From NCBI RefSeq assembly GCF_006345805.1, contig NC_043001.1, forward strand, positions 85,498,001-85,562,000: a stretch of DNA of 64,000 nt. Reading direction: 5' to 3'. A program made the translations under genes and the position numbers. Below are positions 50,855-64,000 of this stretch, one piece after another (position 1 is the stretch's first letter; each line of letters begins with the position of its first letter). The notes under the pieces were generated by a model. That model did not search any database. It was not told the origin of the DNA and saw nothing but the letters and a program-made list of their open reading frames with translations. This stretch comes from Octopus sinensis. Its lineage: Eukaryota.

Positions 50855-51071
50855 TTTATTCTTTTATTAGATTTTCATCAGACTGTGGCCATACTGGAGC
50901 ACCGCCTTTAGTCGAACAAATGTACACCAGGATTTATTCTATGTAAGCGTTCTACTAATTCTACCGGTATCGTTTCCCGATTCACTAAGGGCTGGAACAC
51001 ACTATTATCGGCCGTCAAGCGATAGTGAGGAGTTAAACACAGGCACAAATGCATACTCGCTCACAAGCGCC

Positions 51072-51132
<61 letters not shown>

Positions 51133-51300
51133 TTATATGACGGACTTCTTTAAGTTTCTGTCGACCAAATCCACTCACGAAGCTTTGGCCGGCCCGAGGA
51201 TATAGTAGAAGGCACCTGGCCAATGTGTCATGCAGTGGGACTGAACCTGGAGCCATATGTTTGGAGAGCAAGCTTCTTACCACCACGCAGCCATGCCTCC
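50855..51300 (-). mobile_element. SINE family 2, full length with internal (TG)/(TA) microsatellite
   Basis: Homologous to 56812-57211; tail ggcggtgctccagtatggccacagtc. Confidence 0.8.
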
Positions 51301-51854
51301 ATATATATATATGTATATGTGTGTGTGTGTGTGTGTGTTTGTATGTATGTATACATACGATGAGACAGAAAAAGAGAAAGAGAAGAGGAAGAAAAAAATA
51401 AAGAAATAAAGTTGCTGATATTCAAACATTGACATTTCCCACGCGTACATTGAATAATGTACACAAATGTGCAAGGAAGTGAAAATAATTATTAAGAGTG
51501 CCATAACGAAAAGGTCAGTTGAGTTGGATGTGGGAGTCGAATGAGAAGCGAATCGAAGATATATCTATCTTGTTATCGTCAATTCACAAATTGATTGTAT
51601 AGCAGAATTCTATGATATAAACATCTTCCAACACATATATATATATATGTGTGTGTATTTGTGTGTGTGTGTGTGTGTGTGTATAATTTCTTCAGCACAG
51701 ACACAAATCTTTTCCTATATGTTTTTTTTTTTCGTTGCGTTGCTATGATTGACGGGGGCGGAAGTAGCTTTAATATTTCCTTGAAACCATCATCTTTATC
51801 ATCATCATCATCATCATTGTTGTTATCGTTGTTGTTGTTGTTATTATCATTAAT

Positions 51855-52065
51855 AAGGCGGCGAGCTGGCAGAGTCTTTAGCATCCAGACAAAATGCTTA
51901 GCGGCATTTCCTCTGTTCATGTTCTGAATTAAAATCAGCTAAGGTTGACATTCCCTTTCATCCTCTCGGTCTCGTTAAAAGAGGTACCAGTGAAGCACTG
52001 GGGTCAACGTAATCGTTTCATCCCTTCGCACAAAGTTGTTGCACTTGTGGCAAAATCTGAAACTA
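51855..52065 (+). mobile_element. SINE family 1 (tail c) followed by (ATT)n
   Basis: aaggcggcgagctggcagagtc..; tail gtggcaaaatctgaaactattatt. Confidence 0.75.
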
Positions 52066-52144
52066 TTATTATTATTATTATTATTATATATTATTATTAT
52101 TATTATTATTTTATTATTATTATTATATTATTATAGCTTATCCT

Positions 52145-54135
52145 TTCTTCCTTATCGTATACCATCCCTTTTTGTCAGCTGGGCATGATATATCTATGTT
52201 TGCTTTCTTTATCATTTAACACTATGTCTGGCTGGTTTCCTATTCTCTAGTTCATGGTCGCACGGAATCATAAAATCCCATAGGAGTTTTGATTAACAGT
52301 TTCGATGCTGCACTTACATATATATATTCGCACCTGTTGCAAAGTGTCCAATGGACAAGCCTTGCTATATATTCATGACGTCTCTTATATTCTTTCTGGG
52401 CTAGTGGCGTACATTGGTGGTAATATGCCATACGGTTTCACCATTTTGTCCACAAATTCTACGCGTCTCACTTTCCGATGTGTTCCCTATTCTGTACATG
52501 ATACAATTGGTTCTTAATGCTTGCTCTTAGGCAGCACAGATTACAACCACTTTTTCCAGATGTCCGTACATTGGCTGTGCCATTTTTCCAGTTAATAATT
52601 TCCACATAAATTGCAAGTAGGATATTAGGTTGTAATTATGTACCGTATTTACTTTTTCGATGTTTTTCAAGCGTAGCACTGTCCTTCACATTGTCAACCA
52701 CTCTGGTGTTACTTGGTCGGCATTTAACAATGTGTTGAGCTGTGTAGGTATTCGTGCTTGACATTCACGAAATTCTTTGATCCAGTAACCTTAAAGTTCA
52801 TCTGATCCCAGGGCCTTCCAGCTGCCCATATTTCTGCTGATTTCTTTATCTTCTTCAACAGAAATGACTAGTTCTGCCTATTTTTGACAGACTACTGTTT
52901 GTTTCAGTTCTTGTAACCCTTCAGAATCCACCCTGTGCTTATTGCCTTTGCTCTAGATGTCACTCCAAAATATTTGACTTAATGTTATGTAGTTTCAACT
53001 TCCCATCTCTACACTCTCTATTTCTTTGAAGAACTCTTCTGATATACTCTGAATAACGTATTCTGGTGGTAATCCTTCATTCTTTGATCGTATCTTACCA
53101 TCTGTGCCTTCTTTGCTACGAGGTGCTGCTTTAGTTCCTGCATTACCACATTCAGGCCCTTTCTTTCAGTATCATACTTCTTGTTCAGTGCCCTGCGTTT
53201 TTGTTTGCGTTTAAGCTTCCCTTTTTTTCTTTACTGTCTAACACAGAAATTTCCTTCAAGAGCGTATCTTCTTCTTTTTCACCATTGAATTTTTCTTTTG
53301 TCACTCCCATTGTACTTATTTTTCTTGACATCAACACCCACATTTTATGCTACAACAATACTTGCTGCCTTGATCAAATTATTTGTTTCTGTAATGTTAT
53401 TTGTTCTCCTGTATTTCAGAATTTCATTCACATTTTTCGTTTTTCGGTTCAATTTTCACTGATCAACCTTTTTTAAGGTTGCAAATAATGCCGCTATCAT
53501 TCTCATGTAGCCCTTCTGTTATTCTGTCTTAAATCACCATTTGTCTATCCGTCATATCACCATTAGTTTTATTGTCTTCTTCCAATCCATCTCTATGTCT
53601 GTCATCGAGCAATCTATCACTGTCCTTTTCCTGTGGTTTATTAGAATTTTAGCCTCTGTTTTCTGCTATGGGATTACTTTTATCAGTAGGAACTGCATTT
53701 GAATCTTTTCCTCTGTAGCTATTTTCCAATACCCGCCTTTTGATAGCTGCGAGCTCTACTTCTGTGAACCAACGATTCGTTTTTCAATCACTCTAGCTCA
53801 ATCTCAATCACATAAACTCGTTGGTGAGTTGAAACAATTCTCTTTCTCTCCATTGTCCATACATAAGTTGTTGGTATCCACTAAGATGTACACTATTTTC
53901 TTCTACGAGGTTGCTCAGGTAGTAACACTCCATGAACACAGCATTGACTTGTTTATTTCATCTACGTCGTGTGTGCTGGTACCTGGCTGGATAAGGACAC
54001 GCTGGAGTCGGGCCCGTATCTCTGAGCCTGACGGCTGTAACATTGTGGTCATCCAGGGATTCAGTTTCATAACCACCGCTATTCACAATATTTTGTTTTT
54101 TTCATTGTCCCCCATATGAATTAGTGATTATCAGG
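52145..54135 (-). mobile_element. R4/Dong-like copy D: both ends present, RT core deleted
   Basis: 54135-53300 is homologous to 5048-5900 of copy B. The junction near 52540 jumps from early RT (..MYGHLEK) to the pre-zinc-knuckle region (..ICGQNGETVWHI); RLE segment down to ~52145. Confidence 0.75.
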
Positions 54136-54246
54136 TTGCGCAGTAACCTTTCAGGGTCGATAAATTAATTACCAGTGAAATACTGGAGTCCTTGTGCTTA
54201 TAGTAGAAATTATCATTATTATTATAATTATTATTATTATTATTAT

Positions 54247-54800
54247 TGAGTGAGAGAGCAGTGCATGCCATCAAAGTGACACTGGGGTAAAATATACGAA
54301 GCCCAATATACCCATCATGACTACCCGTCTGATAAAGGTACACCAGGCACATGCATCACAACCATATGTGCGCGATATGGTGATCTCATATCAAGATAAA
54401 CAGCACATGACCTTGCAGGTGGGGCCCAGTTAGAATTTCCTTCAGGTTGAGTAGCCCATCACGCTCAAAGGTCCCTGAATAAGGGTTGTTTAAGGATGTT
54501 GAAAGAACCACCCATGTTTCCAGAGGTGAATTATTCAAACCCCAAAGAATCCCTCTCAACACATGGCTATGATGCTCCCACTACTTCTGCTCGTGATCAG
54601 AGATACACATATCGTCAGCCACTAAGGGACATGCTCAACTGGTTAAGGTCAAACAACTGACAAGCAAATCTGTGGTATTGAGCAGAATATTTGCTGTAGC
54701 CCCATCTTTTATACCAGACAAAACAATGTACATGATAACACTTCCAATCATTAAGATCAGAAGCCATGAGAGCCACTGCCTGGTACTGCATCAGGGCATT
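54247..54800 (-). mobile_element. ~550-bp element, copy 4 (longest), flanked by (TAA)n on both sides
   Basis: Homologous to 33668-34167 and extends further (..agccatgagagccactgcctggtactgcatcagggca). Confidence 0.85.
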
Positions 54801-54801
54801 A

Positions 54802-54836
<35 letters not shown>

Positions 54837-54884
54837 ATTATTTATTATTATTATTATTATTATATTATCATCATCATCATCATC

Positions 54885-54920
<36 letters not shown>

Positions 54921-54934
54921 TATTATTATTATTA

Positions 54935-54967
<33 letters not shown>

Positions 54968-54998
54968 CATCATCATCATCATCATATTATTATTATTA

Positions 54999-55043
<45 letters not shown>

Positions 55044-55099
55044 TTGTTATTATTATTATTATTATCATCATTATTATTACTGTTGTTATTAAGAAGACG

Positions 55100-55310
55100 C
55101 TGAGCTAGCAGAATTATTAGCACGCCGAGAAATATGCTTAGCGGCATTTCGTCTATCTTTATTTTCTGAGTTCAAATTCCGCTGAGGTCGTCTTTGCTCT
55201 TCACCCTTTCAGGGTCGATAAATTAAGTACCAGTGAAATACTGGAGTCGATGTAATTGACTTGCGCTATCCCCCAAAATTTCAGTCCATGTGCCTATAGT
55301 AGAAATTACT
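55100..55310 (+). mobile_element. SINE family 1 (tail b) followed by (ATT)n(GTT)n
   Basis: gagctagcagaattattagcacgcc..gttcaaattcc..; tail gtgcctatagtagaaattact. Confidence 0.75.
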
Positions 55311-55325
55311 ACTATTATTATTATT

Positions 55326-55364
<39 letters not shown>

Positions 55365-55659
55365 ATTCAGGGGAATATTTCCGGTAAAAAATTTGGGGAT
55401 AGATTTGCTGATTTCATGGTGGACAAGCACGTTTCCAATATGGATGAGATGAAAAACGAAAATAAGAATATATTAATTTACCTAAATTTCAAGAGGGTAA
55501 AAAAAAACTATATAAACATATCTATAAAGACATTCAAATAACTTTCTAACATTGCTCTGTAAGATGGAAGAAAACCAATCAAAATCTATCTGTAAAGACA
55601 TGCAAACAAGCTTCTAACATTATTGAGGTACAAAAACGTTTTTTAAATATTTATAAAAA

Positions 55660-55711
<52 letters not shown>

Positions 55712-55720
55712 GTAGGTAGG

Positions 55721-55802
<82 letters not shown>

Positions 55803-56085
55803 CAGCGAGAGAGAGAGAAAGACAGCAATTGGATTTTTTTAAAATTGATGTGCAGATCAGTAAATGAAAAGAAAAAATGAATATGGTTAAGAATCAAGAA
55901 TTATCATCATAGTCATCATCATCATCATCATCATCATCATCACCATCATCACATCATTACCATCATCATCATCATCATCACCATCAACATCATCGTCGTC
56001 GTCGTCGTCGTGTACATTGTCGCTGTCACCGTCATCGCTGTCGCCGTCGTCGTCGGAGTCATCCTCGGCGACGTCGTCACCGTGT
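55660..56085. repeat. (GATA)n 55660-55805 and (CAT/CGT)n 55905-56085
   Basis: Directly visible. Confidence 0.9.
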
Positions 56086-56811
56086 CTTTCCGACCTTTCA
56101 ATATAATCAAACCCAGAAATGATACATGAACTGTGCAATAATGAGACTTTCAAACTGAAGTTCGATAAATTCTCCAAGCTTTATATTTTGATGAAATTCT
56201 TCTGTTGATTATGTTTCCCATTTATCTCCATATCTGCGATTGATCCGCATGGATTTGGAATAATTCTGTCAATATCATAGCATTAATTTGCTAAATTTTC
56301 GGGAATAATTTAGCAGGGGTTTAACACTTCTCTGGCATTGACCTGTATTAATGACTTATAAATATACTAAATGAGAGAGAGAGAGAGGGCTACAATAACA
56401 CAGAGTAAGAGTTTTTTTGTTGCCTGACTCTTATCGCTATCATTTTTACACCTTGGCAGTATTAGTCAAAGCAGCAGTATCAAAAACATTGCTGGAAATC
56501 AATAGTTAAGTAGCAGGAGCGAAGCATAAGCGTAACATACCCATTAAGTCTACATCTATTCAATATAGCAAATACCAACATCGAATATATACAAAAAACC
56601 TATTAAGTCGTAGCTAAAAAGACTCGATATTAAAAGGGATTTATTAAAAAAGAAATTGCATCCAAGAAGGGCATTGTTCTCTCAGAAACTAATAAACTAA
56701 AACAGAACTAACTACTGAACTAAATGTATTAAGCAAAATCTACTGAACCACCGGCATGGAAAATAGTTACAACTCAAGGAATAACAAACCTAGAACATCA
56801 AACATACTCTC

Positions 56812-57211
56812 TATACTCTTTTACTTGTTTCAGTCATTTGACTGTGATCATGCTGGAGCACCGCCTTTAGTCGAGCAAATCGATCCCAGGACTTATTCTT
56901 TCTAAGCCTAGTACTTATTCTAACGGTCTCTTTTGCCGAACCGCTAATTTACGGGAACATAAACACACCACCATCGGTTGTCAAGCGTTGTTGGGGGACA
57001 AGCACAGACACACAAACACTGACACACACATATATATACATATATACAACGGGCTTCTTTCAGTATCCGTCCACCAAATCCACTCACAATGCTTTGGTCG
57101 GCCTGAGGTTATAGTAGAAGACTCTTTCCCAAGGTGCCATGCACAGTAGGACTGAACCCAGAACCATGTGGTTGGTAAGCAAGCTACTTACCACACAGCC
57201 ACTCCTGCGCC
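56812..57211 (-). mobile_element. SINE family 2, full length
   Basis: tRNA-like head ggcgcaggagtggctgtgtggtaag..gggttcagtcc; central ccttgggaaag..ttctactata; tail ggcggtgctccagcatgatcacagtcaaatgactgaaac. Confidence 0.85.
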
Positions 57212-58319
57212 ATGTTGAAGACAAGTACATGTTGTGCTTCATACTTTACAACACATTCCACAAATGAAAACAGTATAAATGGACCGAATGTAAACTAATT
57301 GAACAATATCCCTTCTAACAAGCGTCGCCGAAACATGTACAAAGGAAAATACTAGAATCGATCAATATCTATTAAATGCATATCTATTAGCAGAAAATAA
57401 ATTAACTGAATAAATGCCTTATTAAAAATCAGAATATCAGAACATAAAATAAAATAATATAAATATGAAATGATATACATATGACAAAAGAGTAAATAAC
57501 CGACTTAAATGACAAAATTTGACTAACATATTATTTAAACATACGGCATTAAATGACTACTATTTGAGAAGAATTCAAACCAAACCTATAATTTTTGAAT
57601 GAACATAATTATAGAAAGACGTTTTTAACTAATTTTTTCCCTTTCAGTTCATTGTTAAAAAATGACTAAATATATTCATTGTGACGCAAGCATTCCTTAT
57701 ATGACATAATATAACTTCTCGTGTAGCAAAGAAATTAATGAATGCACACACTTCTTAATAACGTGACTATCACAAACCAAACGACGGTTAACATTCAACA
57801 GGCTTTCAAACAGAAATGAAGCTGTACACAATAATATATTACAACTGAGTCAGACTCTGCGAAATAGCGAGTTAAAACTTCACCTTCAATTAAAACTAAT
57901 CAGTCGTTAAAAATTGGCTGTTGAAAACTGGAGATCGGTACGTATTATCTCAAAATTTCACAATCACTATTCTAGGCAACAGTTAAAACGTTTCAAAACT
58001 TATCAGTAAATTCTTAATCCAACACCAAAACATCTCAATCTTCGTTATAATTCTATTTCACCTAATAACTGACTGGAGAACACGATGTAGCATATCCTTA
58101 CAGGTTCAATTTTGCTGCCAGAATTAGGATGATATGCATATATATATATATATATATTTATATCATATATATATATATATATATATAATACGTGAGGTTT
58201 TGGTACCCAGAAGACCACAAAAGCAGGTAATGCTATGTAAGTGCTACGGATGTCGCTGTAACACTTCTGGATCAAAAATAGTATGAGCGAGCACGCAGAT
58301 CGTGTGTAAACGTGTATAT

Positions 58320-58722
58320 GGTAAATAAGTAATATAACATGGTCAAGGCAATGTGATATTTCAAGGATTTTTATAAAGAGAAAGGTGGGCTTACAGCTGT
58401 TTCAGGAAAATGAATGATATCCCATCAACAGAAACGTGTTAAGTGAGTTTCAATAGAAAGTATTAGTAGAGTTCATTATATAAGAAGTTATTTTGGAAAG
58501 GGGGAGATATAGAAAGTATATACCTTTATACTGTCGGTATCGCTGCCTTTCCAAAATAACTTTGTATATAATGAACTCTGCTAATTATTTCTATTGAAAC
58601 TCCCTTAACTCGTCTCTGATGATGGGATGTCATTCATTTCCCTGAAACAGCTGTAAGACCATCTTTCTGTTGATAAATGTCCCAGAAATGTCACATTGTC
58701 TTGGCCTTCTTATCTTATTTCA
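58320..58722. repeat. Diverged inverted repeat (arms ~58320-58500 and ~58547-58722, 46-nt spacer), one hammerhead motif per arm
   Basis: aagttattttggaaag / ctttccaaaataactt; cttacagctgtttcagg / cctgaaacagctgtaag; caaggcaatgtgatatttc / gaaatgtcacattgtcttg. Confidence 0.85.
58612..58659 (+). ncRNA. Minimal type I hammerhead ribozyme motif H4 with canonical core (degenerate mirror at 58387-58435, minus)
   Basis: gtct-CTGATGA-t-ggga..tccc-t-GAAA-cagctg-TA-agac. The mirror copy has CTGTTGA (A6 mutated). Confidence 0.72.
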
Positions 58723-58865
58723 TGTAGCACATACACACACACACCACACACACGTGTGTGTGTTTGCATAAGTATGTATGTATATATGATATGTATATCT
58801 ACATGGATTGACAGATAGGTAGATATATGTATGTGTGTATATGCATGTATATACACATATGCGTG

Positions 58866-58913
<48 letters not shown>

Positions 58914-58999
58914 ATATGTATATATACATATGTGTATATACACGCAATTGAGACAGCATTAGATTAAAATAGGCATCGTTAGATGACAGAATGCATGAT

Positions 59000-60960
59000 A
59001 CTATTATTTTATTGCTTTATTTTTTATATGTTTTGAACCCAAAGTCTGTGACCATGCTGGATTACCGGCAGTGTAATCACCTTTTAATTCGCCAATTCTA
59101 TGTGATTGGCTTTTGGTGAAGGAAGGAGTTAGACACTCCTGCCCTCTTTTGAGTTTCCATTTGAGTTTCCTCCATTGATATTGGTCCATCTGGGATCTTG
59201 GATAGCAAAATGTGAAGTTGTTTCTTCAAAAAATCTACCCCTAAACCATGGTGATCCCTCAGATATTTTGGCAAGACGTTAAATAGCTGTGAGCCCCTGA
59301 ATCCCATGCTCTTGCAGTATATTTTACTCACGTTAGATGGGACAGCTAGGACCTTTGGAACAGTGCAATGACGTCCAATTTGAGGTCTATTATAACTCTC
59401 AATTCTAAAGTTTGGTAGCAGCCCTCCAGTATATTCCACACATATATCACTGCATACCTCTCTTATCTTCTCTCCAGTGGGTAGAGGCGTAGCTCTTTCA
59501 ATCTTTCGCAGTAGCTCAGCTGTTCCTTTGATACAATCTTCCTTTTGTAGCATTGCTGAACCGCCTCAAGTCATGGCATGAGAAGTTTGAAAGACTTCTA
59601 TCATTTTTAGCATCTGCTCTGCTACCTCCTTTATGGATAGGGTATATGCCTTCCTTTAACATTTTGGGAAGTCTCATAGTTGTGAGGAATTTCTGGAAAA
59701 GAATCTGAAGTGCTCTTCCAAGAAATCATTTGCATTTCTTTGGGAGAATTGCTGGGGAGTCCACCAGGGCCTGTGGCTGAATTTGAGCTCATTTCATCAA
59801 TGGTTGGTATTACATCAGTTTCCTCTATTTTCATGCAATCAATAATTGTCATTTCGTTGTGTAAAGCTGTGGAGCGAAAGAACTCATCAGGCATAGCTAC
59901 TTGCAAATGTCCCGATGAAGTGGTGGAAATACTATTGAATTGCACATTCAGTATTTCCCTAAACCCTGGGGGTATGCAGTCGGCGAGACATTTTCTTCGA
60001 ATAGTGGCCCTATTTTGTACCGTACTGAAGCAGACACTTTTGCCAATCTATACTAGGCTTTAGGGTTTGTTTTAATATTTTTGACAGCACTGGCGTCCTT
60101 ATCTGCCCTCTATTTTGCATAGAAGTGTTTGAGCTCATTTTCGATTTCGTGCAATGTTTATTTGAGATAGGATTGTATGTTATCCTTTAGTGGCGCATTT
60201 AGATGATTTGAGATTTTTTGCTCGTCGTCTCATTTGGCTTGGCATTCTCTCGAGGGCAAATTTACTGCATATGTCATGAATGATTGTCATACTGTTGTAG
60301 CTTTATATCAATATCTTGCGTAGAGAGACTGTCAGACCAGTTTTGTTCCATAACCACTTTCTCGACACCCTTCCAATCAGCTCTGTGTAAGTTCAGGCTA
60401 GAGAGGTGTTGGGTACTTCTAGTAGCCTGCATGTCTGTAGTCTTCTGCGGACCATACATTGTTAGTTCTATTAAGATATGGTCCGAGAAAACGTCGATAT
60501 CACCTTAATATTATGGATGAGCGCCGTTGTTTGTGAAGCAGAGAATCAAGACATTTTTTCCTGCTTGTTGGGTGGTGCACTATTTGCTCCATAAAGAACA
60601 TATTAATGAGGTCAAACAGAGACTCTACATCCCTCAGGCGGTGCAGTGACATACCTGAGAGAATCCGGACCTTTGGCCATTTGACATACAAGAAGTATGT
60701 GCAGGCTATCATCCACGTTGGTTAATACATCTTTCATTCTTGGAAGCTCTCTTTCAAATGAATCCCCTGATTTGGTGCATCTGGTGGGTGATTCGAGGTA
60801 CATATTACTATTTTCATCTGTTTAATGTGCATCACCAGAGTGTCACAGAATGAGTTTGAGAATGTCAGCAGGACCACAGGCGTGGCATCTTCGTAGATGT
60901 ACATTGCCACTCCAACATAAGTCATGTATCTCCTGTCAGTTCTGAACACAACATATCCTT
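59000..60960 (-). mobile_element. CR1-type LINE, degenerate: APE and C-terminal region present, RT core apparently deleted
   Basis: FRTDR..GVAMYI, HPP, EQIVHHPT..LD, NLHRADW, SATGP.G, then almost immediately LSYCERLKELRLY.LERR..IYVW.ILEGL.PN..GRHC..RGSQLFNVLP. No YADD seen. Confidence 0.8.
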
Positions 60961-61092
60961 CTATATATACAAGGGGGAGAGAGAGAGTGATACAAACAGA
61001 GACAGAGAGGGAGATATATATGTGCTTGTGTGTATATATGCATGTATCAACATATACATAAATATATATCTATGTACACACATACACACACA

Positions 61093-61122
<30 letters not shown>

Positions 61123-61126
<4 letters not shown>

Positions 61127-61427
61127 TAGATAAGAAAGTTGGTTTGTGAAAGAACGTGGGTGAATATATAGAAAAAGTAAAGAGTGAAAAAACTACAGAA
61201 GGCTTAAATGTTAAAACATATATATATTTGCGTCAATATGTCTGAAGAATATTAGAAAATATTAAAAAAAAATTTTTTCTCTTATAATGACATAATGACA
61301 TATAAATAGAGAGAGAGAAGGATTGATAGATTGATAGATAAGTAGATAGATACATACATAGATTCATAGACAGATTAACATACATATGCACACATATTCA
61401 AATACACACACACACACACACACACAT

Positions 61428-61459
<32 letters not shown>

Positions 61460-62400
61460 ATTGCACTCATGCATGTATGTATGCAATGTGGTATTTGAAC
61501 ACAGCTAAAGAACATTAGCACAACGTCATATGTGTTATGAAGAGTTGATATAAAAGTGGTAGCTTCACTACAGTAACAAAAGCCACCACGAAAGAAACCA
61601 GTTTGTAGCAGTTACTACAACTTAACAGCATCAATCACGATGACAGCGCTAGCTTCATGGTTCACGACATGTACACAGACAACATAAACTAAACTTTAAC
61701 AGAAAAACAAAAACATTGTGAGCAACAATCACAGCAAGTATCACAGCTAGAAAGCAACAACAACAACAACGAGGGTGACATTAGTAATATTATCAACAAG
61801 AGGGAAAGGTAAAGACAGTGAAGATGACTAGAATATTCTCTGGAAGAAAATCAAAATCTAATAAGACACAGACAGTGAAGAAATGACAGAATAATTAATC
61901 ATTGTAAAGTAATTGAAATGGAAATTTTCTGAGACAATCGGCAACTCAGTGAAAAGTGTATGTCTAATGATTTTCACTAGGCAGAAGGCCAGTAGTTTAT
62001 GGTAATTGAGGTGATGTAGTTGTCCGAATATATTGACATATCATTGGCCTCTACTCGTATATAACAACAATTTGTCTCAGCGTGATTTGAGCGCTTTTAA
62101 CAATGAAATAACCTGAGTCGCTGGTTCCCCTGAGAACACAAATCGCATCCATCTTGCTTTAAACGCACACACATATATATATATACAACAGACACAGACA
62201 CACACATTTAAACACACATACACATATGCACGCACACGTTGAAATATTTTTTGAAGCCCAAACAATGCATGTTGCAAGTATTAATATAAGTCGATGGTTT
62301 GCACTTTCACCTTATATTTAAGAGTTTCGGGATTAGGAACGATTCTTCGGGGAAGCATCAGACAAATGGTGTTATGAGATGCTTTTGCTCTTTTTTAGCT

Positions 62401-62455
<55 letters not shown>

Positions 62456-62739
62456 TATATAGATAGATAAGAAAGTTGGTTTGTGAAAGAACGTGGGTGA
62501 ATATATAGAAAAAGTAAAGAGTGAAAAAACTACAGAAGGCTTAAATGTTAAAACATATATATATTTGCGTCAATATGTCTGAAGAATATTAGAAAATATT
62601 AAAAAAAAATTTTTTTCTCTTATAATGACATAATGACATATAAATAGAGAGAGAGAAGGATTGATAGATTGATAGATAAGTAGATAGATACATACATAGA
62701 TTCATAGACAGATTAACATACATATGCACACATATTCAA

Positions 62740-62784
<45 letters not shown>

Positions 62785-63740
62785 ATATATATATATAAAT
62801 TGCACTCATGCATGTATGTATGCAATGTGGTATTTGAACACAGCTAAAGAACATTAGCACAACGTCATATGTGTTATGAAGAGTTGATATAAAAGTGGTA
62901 GCTTCACTACAGTAACAAAAGCCACCACGAAAGAAACCAGTTTGTAGCAGTTACTACAACTTAACAGCATCAATCACGATGACAGCGCTAGCTTCATGGT
63001 TCACGACATGTACACAGACAACATAAACTAAACTTTAACAGAAAAACAAAAACATTGTGAGCAACAATCACAGCAAGTATCACAGCTAGAAAGCAACAAC
63101 AACAACAACGAGGGTGACATTAGTAATATTATCAACAAGAGGGAAAGGTAAAGACAGTGAAGATGACTAGAATATTCTCTGGAAGAAAATCAAAATCTAA
63201 TAAGACACAGACAGTGAAGAAATGACAGAATAATTAATCATTGTAAAGTAATTGAAATGGAAATTTTCTGAGACAATCGGCAACTCAGTGAAAAGTGTAT
63301 GTCTAATGATTTTCACTAGGCAGAAGGCCAGTAGTTTATGGTAATTGAGGTGATGTAGTTGTCCGAATATATTGACATATCATTGGCCTCTACTCGTATA
63401 TAACAACAATTTGTCTCAGCGTGATTTGAGCGCTTTTAACAATGAAATAACCTGAGTCGCTGGTTCCCCTGAGAACACAAATCGCATCCATCTTGCTTTA
63501 AACGCACACACATATATATATATACAACAGACACAGACACACACATTTAAACACACATACACATATGCACGCACACGTTTGAAATATTTTTTGAAGCCCA
63601 AACAATGCATGTTGCAAGTATTAATATAAGTCGATGGTTTGCACTTTCACCTTATATTTAAGAGTTTCGGGATTAGGAACGATTCTTCGGGGAAGCATCA
63701 GACAAATGGTGTTATGAGATGCTTTTGCTCTTTTTTAGCT

Positions 63741-63800
<60 letters not shown>
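61123..63800 (+). repeat. Tandem direct duplication of a 1337-bp unit (61123-62459 / 62460-~63800)
   Basis: gaaagttggtttgtgaaag at 61134 and 62471. Copies appear identical apart from microsatellite lengths and a 1-nt indel; all boundaries lie in (TA)n. Confidence 0.92.
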
Positions 63801-63838
<38 letters not shown>

Positions 63839-63868
63839 TATATACAGAAGCTAAAAAAGCTCTTTATG

Positions 63869-64000
63869 TCTATATAAAAGTGAAGTTGTGTGAGTGTCTG
63901 TCTCCTACGATTTAGATTCCTAACTACTCCCACATTTTGCGGTGCAGTTTAACCAAATTCGGGTATCTTATAGTCGTGATTTATATTAAGCCCGTCTGGG
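63869..64000 (+). mobile_element. Possible 5' end of a Helitron-like repeat running off the window
   Basis: Begins TCTATATAAAAG..gtgtgagtgtctgtctc, resembling the TCTATATA/GTCT-rich starts of non-autonomous Helitrons. The 3' end is not visible. Confidence 0.3.

Overview
AT-rich, microsatellite-dense eukaryotic genomic DNA, almost certainly from an octopod cephalopod. The only host gene I can support is a complete six-exon S-crystallin (sigma-GST-derived lens protein, 215 aa) on the minus strand (CDS 27679->16111). It has canonical GT-AG introns, a 30-nt microexon missed by the ORF track, and a TATA/Inr core promoter. The rest is mostly decayed mobile DNA: two tandem L1/Tx1-type LINEs set in a (GATA)n tract, several R4/Dong-type RLE retrotransposon copies, an RT-deleted CR1-type LINE, RTE and Penelope-like fragments, two mariners, at least three tRNA-derived SINE families, and a ~550-bp element confined to (TAA)n tracts. 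Most notable non-coding signals: (i) at least 6 minimal type I hammerhead ribozyme motifs with palindromic helix III, two pairs of them inside long inverted repeats, one a ~400-bp spacer-less palindrome; (ii) two SINE families whose 3' tails match two different LINEs in this same window; (iii) a 489-bp tandem array with a hairpin+CTAG Helitron-like end. All alignments were done by eye, so mobile-element boundaries are approximate. Most ORF-track entries are microsatellite artefacts.
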